This document shows positions 41,724 to 53,634 of a DNA stretch of 64,000 nt, in pieces; position 1 is the stretch's first letter; each line of letters begins with the position of its first letter. The position numbers were made by a program, and so were the translations under genes. Below the pieces are notes generated by a model. The model saw only the letters and a program-made list of their open reading frames with translations. It was not told the origin of the DNA and did no database searches. Origin of the DNA: a virus; the IMG/VR virus record IMGVR_UViG_3300042013_000056, positions 118,860-182,859 of that record; one strand, given 5' to 3'.

Positions 41724-42724
41724 TGGCAGTTATCTACAGAGGCATTGTTACACCACAGTTCCGAACAAAAGCAATGCTAAACTTCATTGACGGAATTGGT
41801 GATACCGATGACAAAAACACGTACTACATGTCGTTCGGGAGGAAGACCCCATGGTCTTCCTTTGAACAAAATTCATATTTCAAGCCACCATACCCGATAA
41901 CTGATAACGTTGGGGTGGCGGCCTTATGGGATGATATGTTAGGTCTTATGAAGATTCCAAAAATTTCATGGATTCCTGTCATTCCAAGAAAAGATTGGGG
42001 CAATCCAGAGTTAGGCGTTCCCGGTAGAACTTTTCAAGTTAATGATGTAGTTGTCGTAAACTCGCTGACTGGGGTTAACGAATACGACACATCTGATCCG
42101 GGTTACATGGTATATCGTTGTGTGCAAATCCCAGAGACTGGGGTATGTAGTATTTCAACTATTACAGGCAGAACCGAATGTGTTAAATCTGGTGGTCTAT
42201 GGACCCCAACCGCCACACCGGGTGATGCTTCTAATATTCCGATGGGGAAACAGTCTGCGATTGATACCAATGATGGTTACCTATGGGATTTCCTATATAC
42301 AATTCCACCCGATGAAGTTATTAACTCAACATCGGTTGATTTTATTGTAGTTCCAACACCAGAAGAAATTGAATCCGATCCGGCTAAATGGGGTGTAAAT
42401 AACGTAAACCCATCAAACCAAGTCAACCGAATCATTTATGATGTAAGTTGTAGTTCATTGATGGGGTATGTAAGACTTACAGACCGAGATTTTACAGACA
42501 CCAACCGTCCGGGTAATACCGGATATCGTCAGTTGTCTATTCTGGTTAACCCTCTAAAAGCTAAAGCGCATAATGGTGATGCTGATGTGAAAGCAACTGC
42601 ATATTCCTATTACCCGACTGAGCTATTAGTTGAATCTGGTGAAGTTCTTTACATTGAAAACAGACCACCTATTTTTCGCTCTAGCGATCAGACCGAACAA
42701 ATCCGTATAATTTTGAGTTTCTAA
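41723..42724 (+). CDS. gp8: Baseplate wedge subunit
   Basis: VIPRKDW, VYRC, DGYLWDFLYTIP, SGEVLYIENR. Confidence 0.92.
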   Translation: MAVIYRGIVTPQFRTKAMLNFIDGIGDTDDKNTYYMSFGRKTPWSSFEQNSYFKPPYPITDNVGVAALWDDMLGLMKIPKISWIPVIPRKDWGNPELGVPGRTFQVNDVVVVNSLTGVNEYDTSDPGYMVYRCVQIPETGVCSISTITGRTECVKSGGLWTPTATPGDASNIPMGKQSAIDTNDGYLWDFLYTIPPDEVINSTSVDFIVVPTPEEIESDPAKWGVNNVNPSNQVNRIIYDVSCSSLMGYVRLTDRDFTDTNRPGNTGYRQLSILVNPLKAKAHNGDADVKATAYSYYPTELLVESGEVLYIENRPPIFRSSDQTEQIRIILSF

Positions 42725-42725
42725 A

Positions 42726-43553
42726 ATGAGTAAAGATTTAATTAATACAGGCGTTGTCGGTGATTCATCTACCGGCGACAGCCTTTTCACTGGCGGTGGA
42801 AAAATCAACGCCATGTTTGAAGAAATTTACGATGCGTTTGGTTTGAATGGTGCTAACCCACAAAATATCCATGCAACCGGATACTTCCAAACACCGGCAA
42901 GAACATACTTCACATTCCCAGTCCAACCGGGTGCGCAGTTGAACGTTGACACCAGAAATGGTGATTTAACTGTAAAACTACCTAACGGTAAAATTGGTGA
43001 AATGGTAAGGCTACGTGATATCCACGGATCGTGGTTTAACTCCCCTGTAACTGTCCAACCAGATGGCCTTGAAACCATCAATGGGGTGATTGGTGGGTTG
43101 GTCCTTAACGTTGCATTAACCGAAGTCGTATTCGTTTGTATCAATGACACACCCGGTTCTGTGAACTGGACTTACTCGATTAGCAGTATTTCGAGTCGTG
43201 ATATTATCAAATCCGCAACCGGGATCATTGACCGTGATTTTGTACTAGCACCATCCACGCCGATTTCACATCTGGTGTGCCCAGTGAATGCTATTACCAC
43301 AGTTAAACTACTTGTGTCTGGTCTTCAATCATCTGGTGGGGTGTCTGCGACATCATCCGAAATCCATTTGGTTACCGATGGTGTGACTCATGCATTCAGT
43401 GAATTTTCAGTGTTAAATACAGGCACAGACCGCGTATACGATATTGATTTTTCTGTGGTGTCTGGAAATCTGATGATGGCAATAACCACCACGTTGACTG
43501 GGGCTAGAGTTCATGTGCAAGCGACTGATTACACTAAAATTCTTATCTCATAA
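42726..43553 (+). CDS. gp9: Baseplate wedge, long-fibre attachment
   Basis: INTGVVGDSSTGDSLFTGGGKIN; gp9/10 N-terminal domain. Confidence 0.85.
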   Translation: MSKDLINTGVVGDSSTGDSLFTGGGKINAMFEEIYDAFGLNGANPQNIHATGYFQTPARTYFTFPVQPGAQLNVDTRNGDLTVKLPNGKIGEMVRLRDIHGSWFNSPVTVQPDGLETINGVIGGLVLNVALTEVVFVCINDTPGSVNWTYSISSISSRDIIKSATGIIDRDFVLAPSTPISHLVCPVNAITTVKLLVSGLQSSGGVSATSSEIHLVTDGVTHAFSEFSVLNTGTDRVYDIDFSVVSGNLMMAITTTLTGARVHVQATDYTKILIS

Positions 43554-43572
43554 ATAAGGTAAGAGGATAAAA

Positions 43573-45342
43573 ATGAAACAGACAATTAATTTGGGTTCTG
43601 CGGTTGATGATTCTACTGGCGACTACTTGCGTCAGGGTGGATTAAAGATCAATGAGAACTTTGAAAACGTATTTGAGGAACTGGGTGATGGGTCTGCACT
43701 TCACCCAGCCGGTGCATGGCACACACATACATATGCCAATGGTGCTAGTTTCACACCAGAATTGGGTGGTCAATACAACCTGAATTCACTTGGTGGTGGT
43801 ATCACTGTAACATTACCAAAGGGTTCCCCGGCTGATTATGGTCGCGTGATTAAACTGCGTGATGTGCATGCATCATGGGGTACTAATTCAATCGCAATTA
43901 AACCAACCTCCGGGGATTCTCTTGGGGGTTCAACCAACCCAGTATTGTTCGGCGTAGACTTCACAACTCTAGAATTTGTATATAGCTCTCCTGCTACTTG
44001 GAGATATATTTCAAATATGAAGCTGGATAGTTTGCCAAAAGCGGATGGTGCTGGTGTTATTGTCGCTACGTTTAGAGTTACAACTACAAACTATGCCAAC
44101 GGTTTCTTCACAAACATTAGTGCCACTGGTTACAACGCAACTGCCGTTCAGGTATATCGAAATGGTTCCCTGCTAACGTACAACTCGGACTTGGCAAATA
44201 CCGACTACGGTTCTAGATCAACTACTGGTAATACATTAGTTGCATTGAATGGTGTTGATATCTTCATTCCATATGTAATTGATGGTGATGTTATCACTGT
44301 CATCAGTTACACCAGAGACGTTGCCGCCGCCCCTGTGTCTTATGTTAGATATGATATTCAGATGTTGGCAGTTGACAACCCACAAGCTGCTGTACTTGGT
44401 CAGAGTTTGAAGATCAAGGCCAACGGTATATACACACTGACAGATTTGGGTAGATCGGACGCAGAGGAATATAACCCTAACGCAACTCAGTTGTTGTTGA
44501 ATGGTACGCTATTGGTTCCTGCTGGTTCTGCTGGTCTTAACCCCGGTGCTACCGAAGATTATAAACTCACTTCTGATGTTATTGGTGCATGGAATACATT
44601 CACTATTTCACCAGTCTTGAACGATGGTGATATTCTAAGCTTCATCTACTTCAATAACGAACTTGGTTCGGTGTTAGAGTGGGATGGTGTGGATGGTATC
44701 AAAGCCAGAGCTGCACAACTTTTCCTGAACACGGAATTTAGATTCAACAGATCATCGAAAATTCGTTATTCAAATATTGATAGCCCTAGTGCGGCAACCG
44801 TAACTACAGTTCCGGGTACTGAAACTAACATTCGATTTGAAAACGTGGTTCAACTGTTGGAGTCTATCTACCCAATTGGTTCGATTTACATCAACGCAAA
44901 CAATGCGGCAAACCCATCAACTTACATGGGATTTGGTACATGGAACCGTTACGGTGCTGGACGTGCAATCTTTGGTTTCTCGCCAGTTCTTGATAGTCAG
45001 GGTAATCCAGATTCTCTGTTTGGTATAAACACTTCCGTAGTTGACGATCTAGGTAATCCACTGCGTGTGGCTGGTAATGAATTTGGATCGAAACAATTCC
45101 AGTTGTCCAAGGAAAATATCCCAGAGCTGGAAAGCAGCATTCCTTATATGCGTGCGGCAACCGAAGGTGAAATCAACTTGTCTGGATGTCTACCACTTCC
45201 GGGTGCTGGTACTAGTCCACTGGCGACATATGAATTGGCTAACGTCAAAGTTAACTCTCCAGAAGTTGCTGGTCAGGAACCAACTGACATTACAACAATC
45301 CCACCGGGTATTACTGCCTACATGTGGGTAAGGACTTCATAA
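43573..45342 (+). CDS. gp10: Baseplate wedge / tail pin
   Basis: MKQTINLGSAVDDSTGDYLRQGGLKINENF; IYPIGSIY...NPSTYMGFGTW. Late promoter CATAAATA at 43549. Confidence 0.92.
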   Translation: MKQTINLGSAVDDSTGDYLRQGGLKINENFENVFEELGDGSALHPAGAWHTHTYANGASFTPELGGQYNLNSLGGGITVTLPKGSPADYGRVIKLRDVHASWGTNSIAIKPTSGDSLGGSTNPVLFGVDFTTLEFVYSSPATWRYISNMKLDSLPKADGAGVIVATFRVTTTNYANGFFTNISATGYNATAVQVYRNGSLLTYNSDLANTDYGSRSTTGNTLVALNGVDIFIPYVIDGDVITVISYTRDVAAAPVSYVRYDIQMLAVDNPQAAVLGQSLKIKANGIYTLTDLGRSDAEEYNPNATQLLLNGTLLVPAGSAGLNPGATEDYKLTSDVIGAWNTFTISPVLNDGDILSFIYFNNELGSVLEWDGVDGIKARAAQLFLNTEFRFNRSSKIRYSNIDSPSAATVTTVPGTETNIRFENVVQLLESIYPIGSIYINANNAANPSTYMGFGTWNRYGAGRAIFGFSPVLDSQGNPDSLFGINTSVVDDLGNPLRVAGNEFGSKQFQLSKENIPELESSIPYMRAATEGEINLSGCLPLPGAGTSPLATYELANVKVNSPEVAGQEPTDITTIPPGITAYMWVRTS

Positions 45343-45950
45343 TGAGTATTAATAGACAAGCGGCTGATGTAACAGAACACAATGCCGCGTTCATCGTATT
45401 TGATCAGTTGAAAACCGGTGGTGTAATTGGTACTGCTACCGCCGAACAAATTTCGAATGGCTATAGTTTGCCCAACATTCAACAAGCGATTGATGATATG
45501 TGGGCAATTGCTCTAGTTATTCCGGGGTCTGTGTATCAATCTTTAAGTGCAACCGACCCTTCGGTTTCACCTACCGTTACACAATCACAGACTGTACAAT
45601 TAACGGTTACTGGCACACCAACTGCAAACGGTACAATAACCGTTGCGAACATCAACGTTTCTGTACTAACAACCGATACCGCAACTACTGTTGCTACCAA
45701 AATTGCAGCGGCTATGACTGCACAAACGTTTATTTCATCTGCATCTGCACTGTCTGGGGTTGTAACATATTCATATGTCGATTCTGGTACGCACCCAGTT
45801 GATAATAAAGTTCAGAATGGTATTACCATGTCATCGAAAACAACCACCCTAGGTGGTAAACCGGGGTACTTGGGGTATGGTTCTTGGGAATTGCTAGGGT
45901 CTGAAACTAAATTTACCAGAACCATATATAGCTGGTTGAGGATTGCGTAA
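45342..45950 (+). CDS. gp11: Baseplate wedge / short-fibre connector
   Basis: Follows gp10; NIQQAID, GYGSWEL...YSWLRIA. Confidence 0.72.
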   Translation: MSINRQAADVTEHNAAFIVFDQLKTGGVIGTATAEQISNGYSLPNIQQAIDDMWAIALVIPGSVYQSLSATDPSVSPTVTQSQTVQLTVTGTPTANGTITVANINVSVLTTDTATTVATKIAAAMTAQTFISSASALSGVVTYSYVDSGTHPVDNKVQNGITMSSKTTTLGGKPGYLGYGSWELLGSETKFTRTIYSWLRIA

Positions 45951-46474
45951 TGGCAAATAGTAGAGCTAAAGAGGTTTCTGAATCTTACAAAGGTTCAGAA
46001 ATCACATTTGATAAAACCACTGCCGGTGCGGTTGCCAAGGGTTATGCTGCAACAACGGTTCAAGGCGCTCTAGAAGAAGCCAAACCGGTAGCATCAACCC
46101 AAACGGTTGCTGGTATCGTCAGAAACGCTACAGACGTTGAAGCGGCCAATGGAGCTGGTGTTCTTGCATATGTTCGACCAGATCAAGTTGCAAACAAGAT
46201 TGCTGTATGGACGGTAGCATATATCAACGCTAACGTAATTCCACTTATTCCACCTGCGGTGACTTTGCCGACCATTACATACGGTGGTCAGGGTTCGGCG
46301 GATCAGATGGTTGCCATTTACAATGGTTTACCGGCTGGATCATTCGTAGTATTTGATGAATATTACACTTATGTGGTTGGTTGGGGTAATGGTTCATCGA
46401 CGGTTGGTGCATATCGCAGACGTACTATTACAAAAACAAACAATGCTGGATGGCAATTCCTGCACTTCGCATAA
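45950..46474 (+). CDS. Short tail-fibre-like protein (gp12 N-terminal-like, only 174 aa)
   Basis: TTVQGALEE and AGIVRNATDVEA fibre repeat; gp12 position. Confidence 0.55.
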   Translation: MANSRAKEVSESYKGSEITFDKTTAGAVAKGYAATTVQGALEEAKPVASTQTVAGIVRNATDVEAANGAGVLAYVRPDQVANKIAVWTVAYINANVIPLIPPAVTLPTITYGGQGSADQMVAIYNGLPAGSFVVFDEYYTYVVGWGNGSSTVGAYRRRTITKTNNAGWQFLHFA

Positions 46475-46483
46475 TGGTGAAAT

Positions 46484-47083
46484 ATGACTACTGAACAAAC
46501 TGTACTCCAACAAGCTGCGTCGTTGATGAACACCTTGGATTCTGTTGTTCCTAACGGACAACAAAAAATGCTTGCTGTTTTTAACGCAGTGTCGGGTGCT
46601 TATGTAAATTGTATTGGATTGGTGCCATTGAGCGTCTTGAATACAGACAACTACACATATGTTGAAGTTGAGATTGACATTAATACACAACGCATCGAAG
46701 GTGTATTGTCAAACTTCAAGGTTGTTGATATTGCAACGTCGGCTACAAAAATTTATGAAACACAAGTAAACAATTTGTGTAAAGACAAAATTTATAAACG
46801 ATTCCAACTAGAAGTTCAATTGGATATTCTGCGCACAGCGGTTGCTGAACTGTGTGAAAAAGCTGGTGTTGTTAATGAAGCATTGCTTGACATGAATGAT
46901 TACATTGATGATGTAAAAGCTGCGAACAAAAAGATCAAAGCTGCTTATATCGCAAACCCGGATTTCCAATTCATTACCATTGAAGAAGAACAAGCCGAGC
47001 ATGAAGCCAAGCTGGATGGTGGGTTGCATGAATTGTTGGGGCCAGCCAACCTTGTTGGTCTTGGCTTGACGCTTGACAAATGA
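46484..47083 (+). CDS. Hypothetical protein (virion operon)
   Basis: 199 aa. Confidence 0.65.
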   Translation: MTTEQTVLQQAASLMNTLDSVVPNGQQKMLAVFNAVSGAYVNCIGLVPLSVLNTDNYTYVEVEIDINTQRIEGVLSNFKVVDIATSATKIYETQVNNLCKDKIYKRFQLEVQLDILRTAVAELCEKAGVVNEALLDMNDYIDDVKAANKKIKAAYIANPDFQFITIEEEQAEHEAKLDGGLHELLGPANLVGLGLTLDK

Positions 47084-47574
47084 CACTCCAAATAATTGAG
47101 TGCCCACAGTTCACACAAGAGTTTTGTGATGAAATTGTGGGTGCATTCGATGTCTTCGAAAACAGACGATTCACCGACCGATCAGAGGGAACCACCCTGT
47201 ACCGAACTGTAGATCGTGTAAAAGCGAAATACCGTTCGATGATCAACTTGGATATCCCGAAAGACCTAAGAGAGAAACTGATTCGAGCTGCACCGAAATG
47301 TGGGAACTTCCTTGAAGAAGTGATTGTGAATAAATATGAGCCGGGTGATTATATCCCGAAACATCTGGATTCACATCAATACCCAAAATTCTGTGTAGTT
47401 CCATTGGTTGAATCTGGTGATGGATTTTCTGCTTACTTTGATGGTCCAAAAGGTGAAGAATCGTTCTATGAAGATGTATTAGGCACCGGCATACTCGTAA
47501 CTGGAAATAAACTGGTTCATGAAGTGAAGCCCGTAAAACATAAACGCTACATTGTTTTGTACCTATATCTATGA
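47080..47574 (+). CDS. 2OG-Fe(II) oxygenase
   Basis: NKYEPGDYIPKHLD (HxD), LVHEV (His), and the distal R in KRY. Confidence 0.8.
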   Translation: MTLQIIECPQFTQEFCDEIVGAFDVFENRRFTDRSEGTTLYRTVDRVKAKYRSMINLDIPKDLREKLIRAAPKCGNFLEEVIVNKYEPGDYIPKHLDSHQYPKFCVVPLVESGDGFSAYFDGPKGEESFYEDVLGTGILVTGNKLVHEVKPVKHKRYIVLYLYL

Positions 47575-48047
47575 CAATTCATATTAAACGCAAACATCTG
47601 ACGAAAAAAGCTGTTTCTGCTCTAACCGAGATTACAACAACTGCATCGTGGGATGAATCAACATCCATTCGAAGAAGAATGGGTGCAAATGGCATGGCAA
47701 ACCCGTCCATGTACAAAACGTGGAAGTGGTACAAGATACCGCGTGCCTCAAGATCAACAATTATTGAACTGAGTCCAAAGGGTGCTTGGGAAAAAACATT
47801 CCTGTTTTTCTTCCGCAAGTATGACAAGGATGTTGGTTTACTCGACAAAATGACTAACTGGGTTGGCACCAAGAACACAATGAGTTTCATTGCTGTTTCC
47901 CTTGGCGTTAATCAGCAAATCATTATCGATGGTGAACTATTCATGCTTGAACCGGGTGATTCAATTAAATTCAACATCACTCACGAACATGAAGTTCCGA
48001 AGGTCAAAGAAGATAATCTTTGGGCTATCTGGATGGTCGCAGAGTAA
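47571..48047 (+). CDS. Degenerate 2OG-Fe(II)/cupin-fold protein
   Basis: LEPGDSIKFNITHEHEV; the first HxD is not evident. Confidence 0.5.
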   Translation: MTIHIKRKHLTKKAVSALTEITTTASWDESTSIRRRMGANGMANPSMYKTWKWYKIPRASRSTIIELSPKGAWEKTFLFFFRKYDKDVGLLDKMTNWVGTKNTMSFIAVSLGVNQQIIIDGELFMLEPGDSIKFNITHEHEVPKVKEDNLWAIWMVAE

Positions 48048-48048
48048 T

Positions 48049-48072
48049 AAAAGGGCCAATTGGCCCTTTTTT
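48049..48072. terminator. Intrinsic terminator
   Basis: AAAAGGGCCAATTGGCCCTTTTTT. Confidence 0.75.
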
Positions 48073-48117
48073 CGTTTCTAAATAGCGCTAAATACTTGTA
48101 TCAATTGGGGAACTATA

Positions 48118-49044
48118 ATGGCAACAGCAAATACACCCACACAACTTAAAAACATCATTCTACAAAGACTGGGTTCCCCTGTTAATACGATTAACGTAAC
48201 AGAGCCCCAACTGTATGAATGTATCGACCGTGCATTAGACCTGTACATCGACTACCACTTTGATGGGGTCAACAAAATGTATCTGGTTCGCACACTAACA
48301 GAAACCGAGGCTAATACTGGCCTGATCGATACTGGCGTGAGACTGCAATCAGTATCCCGTGTATTCCGCAACTCAATGTCTATCGGTGGTGGTTGGACCG
48401 ATGGTTCGATCTATGACGCTGGTTGGCACACCGGGGCAGACCTGTTGAAAAACATGTCAGGTTCGCTTGGTGGTTCATGCAGTGGTGGGATTTTCGGCGG
48501 TGGTGGCTACGGACTTGCGATGTATGACTCATTCCATCAATACATGGAACTGTTGAACCGCTTTTTCAGCCCCGAGTTTCAGTTCTGGTTCAACACAGAT
48601 TCCAATACGCTGAAAATTCTCAACGAAGGCAATCTGCGTGAGGGATCAATCGTTATCATCGAATGCTACGTGGCAGCCGGGGTTTACGTCGATCAGAGTT
48701 ATATCAATCAACCAGACGCCACTAGCGGCCAGTTTGTGACCCGTGCGACTGCGAACTACCATGACCCGTACTCGTACACCGTTCAAGCCACATCCACTGA
48801 CCCACAAGCCGCCGCTGTGTTCTTCAATCAGGGCGTATACAACAACCGCTGGTTAAAAGAAATGGCAACCGCGTACACCAAACAACAATGGGGCCAGAAT
48901 TTGAAAAAGTTCGGTGGTCAACCTTTGCCGGGTGGTGTATCGATCAACGGTCAACAACTGTTTGATGAAGCGAACGCCGAGATTGAAACACTGCGTAAAG
49001 AGCTGCTGTTGCTATCAGAGCCTTTGCCGTTCTACTTGGAGTAA
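48118..49044 (+). CDS. gp13: Neck protein
   Basis: IILQRLGSPVNTINVTEPQLYECIDRAL...KQQWGQNLKKF...GGVSING. Confidence 0.93.
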   Translation: MATANTPTQLKNIILQRLGSPVNTINVTEPQLYECIDRALDLYIDYHFDGVNKMYLVRTLTETEANTGLIDTGVRLQSVSRVFRNSMSIGGGWTDGSIYDAGWHTGADLLKNMSGSLGGSCSGGIFGGGGYGLAMYDSFHQYMELLNRFFSPEFQFWFNTDSNTLKILNEGNLREGSIVIIECYVAAGVYVDQSYINQPDATSGQFVTRATANYHDPYSYTVQATSTDPQAAAVFFNQGVYNNRWLKEMATAYTKQQWGQNLKKFGGQPLPGGVSINGQQLFDEANAEIETLRKELLLLSEPLPFYLE

Positions 49045-49046
49045 TC

Positions 49047-49790
49047 ATGGCACTCTGGAATAACATTCAGTGGGCATCGGTAGAGGCTGACGATCCTAGA
49101 TCGTTGGACCATATCCGAAACCCACACTTCAATCACTTTACGGTGCAAACTGAAAAGGACTTGCTCAACGATTTGGTTGCCGAGTCCATTCAGTTCTCCG
49201 GGTTGGAATTCTATTATATCAAACGTGAAATCGCGAACCTTGACCGTATCTTCGGTGAAGACCCGACCAACACATTTGGTGATTACTGGAAAGTTGCGAT
49301 GTACCTTGAGTCGTACAACGGCTGGCAGGGACAACAAGACTTCTATTCCAAGTTCGGTGTATCCGTATCTGATGAAGTTGACCTAGTGATTCAACCTAAT
49401 CTATTCGCATATCAAACCGGTGGGTACTTCCCAAAGCCGGGTGATTTGATTATGTGGGAACGTCAGTCACAAACAAATCAGCCGACCCTATTTGAAATCA
49501 TTTGGGTTGAAGCTGATAACCCATTCCACCCGAATGGAACACTGCCAATGCGCAGAATAACCGCACAGAAGTTCGCAGCTAGCCGTGAGAAGATGCCGTT
49601 GATCAACAGATCGACTGTACCAGACCCAGCCGGAACCGATCTACCAGCCGATATCTTGGATGAATTGATCCAACTTGAAATGATTGGTGATATTGACATT
49701 GTTCAATATGGTGAAACTGATCAAATTCAAGCCGAAGCTGATCAGATTGTTGTGTTCGATGAACAAGACCCATTCAGAGCTGATTACTAA
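49047..49790 (+). CDS. gp14: Neck protein
   Basis: LVAESIQFSGLEFYYIKRE...IFGED...FYSKFG. Confidence 0.92.
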   Translation: MALWNNIQWASVEADDPRSLDHIRNPHFNHFTVQTEKDLLNDLVAESIQFSGLEFYYIKREIANLDRIFGEDPTNTFGDYWKVAMYLESYNGWQGQQDFYSKFGVSVSDEVDLVIQPNLFAYQTGGYFPKPGDLIMWERQSQTNQPTLFEIIWVEADNPFHPNGTLPMRRITAQKFAASREKMPLINRSTVPDPAGTDLPADILDELIQLEMIGDIDIVQYGETDQIQAEADQIVVFDEQDPFRADY

Positions 49791-50570
49791 TGTTCAAAGG
49801 AAGACATTTCTACAACAAATCTATTCGTAGTTATGTTGTACTGTTTGGCACGCTGTTCAACGAAATGTTGATTCAGCGTGCTAACCAAGACTCGACATTC
49901 AAAGTACCGCTGACATATCAGATGAAAGAGAAGTTCATTGCGAACCTCATGAACCGAAATGGTGTCAACGGTGAGCCCGGAACACCGGAACTTGAGATTA
50001 TCTTGCCACGTATGAGTTATTACATGGTCAAGCCGATCTATGACAATGCGCGCAAGATTAACACCCAGCAATACGGTATGAACGTTGTTGTAGATGATCA
50101 AGGGAACAAAACCTATCAGAAACAGTTAGCACCGGTTCCCTATACATTCGCCTTTGACCTATCGGTTTATACCAGATACGAAGACGACATGTTGCAGATC
50201 ATCGAACAGATTCTACCGTACTTCCAACCACACTTCAACGCCAAGATCAAAGAAGCTTCGGTTACTGGCGTTGTTGATCGTGACATTATGATCAACTTGG
50301 TTGATGTTGAACCGGCTGAACAAGTAGTTGGGTTGATGATCGATGGTCGTCGAATTGTGCAATGGGATTTGAAGTTCGAACTATACGGTTACCTGTACCC
50401 ACAAGTACAAGAAGCCAAACTGATTAAACGCACAATCGTCAATTTTGTAGGTGAAGTAAAAGACCTACTCGATGAAGAAGCCGCAATGTTCCGGGTAACT
50501 GATGAAGTTGATCCGTGGACTGCTGGCAAAGACGATCCATGGACCGTTAAAGAAACACAAGAGTATCCAC

Positions 50571-50584
<14 letters not shown>
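49790..50584 (+). CDS. gp15: Tail sheath stabiliser / terminator
   Basis: FYNKSIRSYVVLFGTLFN...LPRMSY...QIIEQILPYFQP. Confidence 0.93.
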
Positions 50585-52821
<2,237 letters not shown>

Positions 52822-52854
52822 TATCCCCGACGAATTTTCACAGAGTAAAGCGCA

Positions 52855-53199
52855 ATGAGCATACCACCTCCAAACGCCCTTTGGGATAAGTTGGTAACCC
52901 CTGTGATTATTATGGTTTTGGCCTTTATGGCAACGTGGGTATTCAACATTAATTCTGACGTGGCAATTATGAAACAATCATTGAGTAAAGTTGACGCCAT
53001 TGTTATGGATCAACGTACCGCTGAGAAGATGATTGTACTATTGGAAGCCCAGAACAAAAACAATGCTGAACTGGCGACCGAAGTTAAAAATAATCAGAAA
53101 GAAATGACCAATGCGATAATTGAATTGCGGATGTCAGTTATGAAGTTGAGTTCTATGTTACCCGATACACCGCGTTCTGAAATTAAAGCGCCGAGGTAA
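52855..53199 (+). CDS. Membrane-anchored coiled-coil protein (possible lysis accessory)
   Basis: N-terminal TM segment followed by coiled coil. Confidence 0.5.
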   Translation: MSIPPPNALWDKLVTPVIIMVLAFMATWVFNINSDVAIMKQSLSKVDAIVMDQRTAEKMIVLLEAQNKNNAELATEVKNNQKEMTNAIIELRMSVMKLSSMLPDTPRSEIKAPR

Positions 53200-53202
53200 G
53201 GC

Positions 53203-53544
53203 ATGATAAAACTTCTGTTAATTATATGGCAGGTAGTGCAGGCGGTTATGATGAGTGCCCCAGAAGACGAAAAGAAAGAAGAAGCCCCGGTACAGAAATG
53301 TGAAGCACCAGAGAAAGATACAGTAGGATTTAGGGATGACCTAATCCTACTGTTGTTTTTGGTTCCGGTTATTGGTGTGTTCCTACCTTGGACTAGCGAT
53401 GCTGTGAAAAATGGGCTAGAGATTTTGAAAGACTTACCAGACTGGTTTTCGTTCATTATCGTCCTTGGCGTCGTAAGTATGTTTGGTTTGAGAAAACAAT
53501 TGACTGATATTTTATCAAATTTCACCAATTTTCGCAAAAAATAA
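53203..53544 (+). CDS. Putative holin-like membrane protein
   Basis: DDLILLLFLVPVIGVFLP...LPDWFSFIIVLGVVSMFGLRK resembles the C-terminus of GTA-type 3TM holins. Confidence 0.5.
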   Translation: MIKLLLIIWQVVQAVMMSAPEDEKKEEAPVQKCEAPEKDTVGFRDDLILLLFLVPVIGVFLPWTSDAVKNGLEILKDLPDWFSFIIVLGVVSMFGLRKQLTDILSNFTNFRKK

Positions 53545-53634
53545 GAAGAACTTGATTCTTACTTACATAAATAGAATTAGATATTGGGTTGTATAACTCA
53601 AAACAGAATTTTTAACACTTAGAGGAACACAAAA

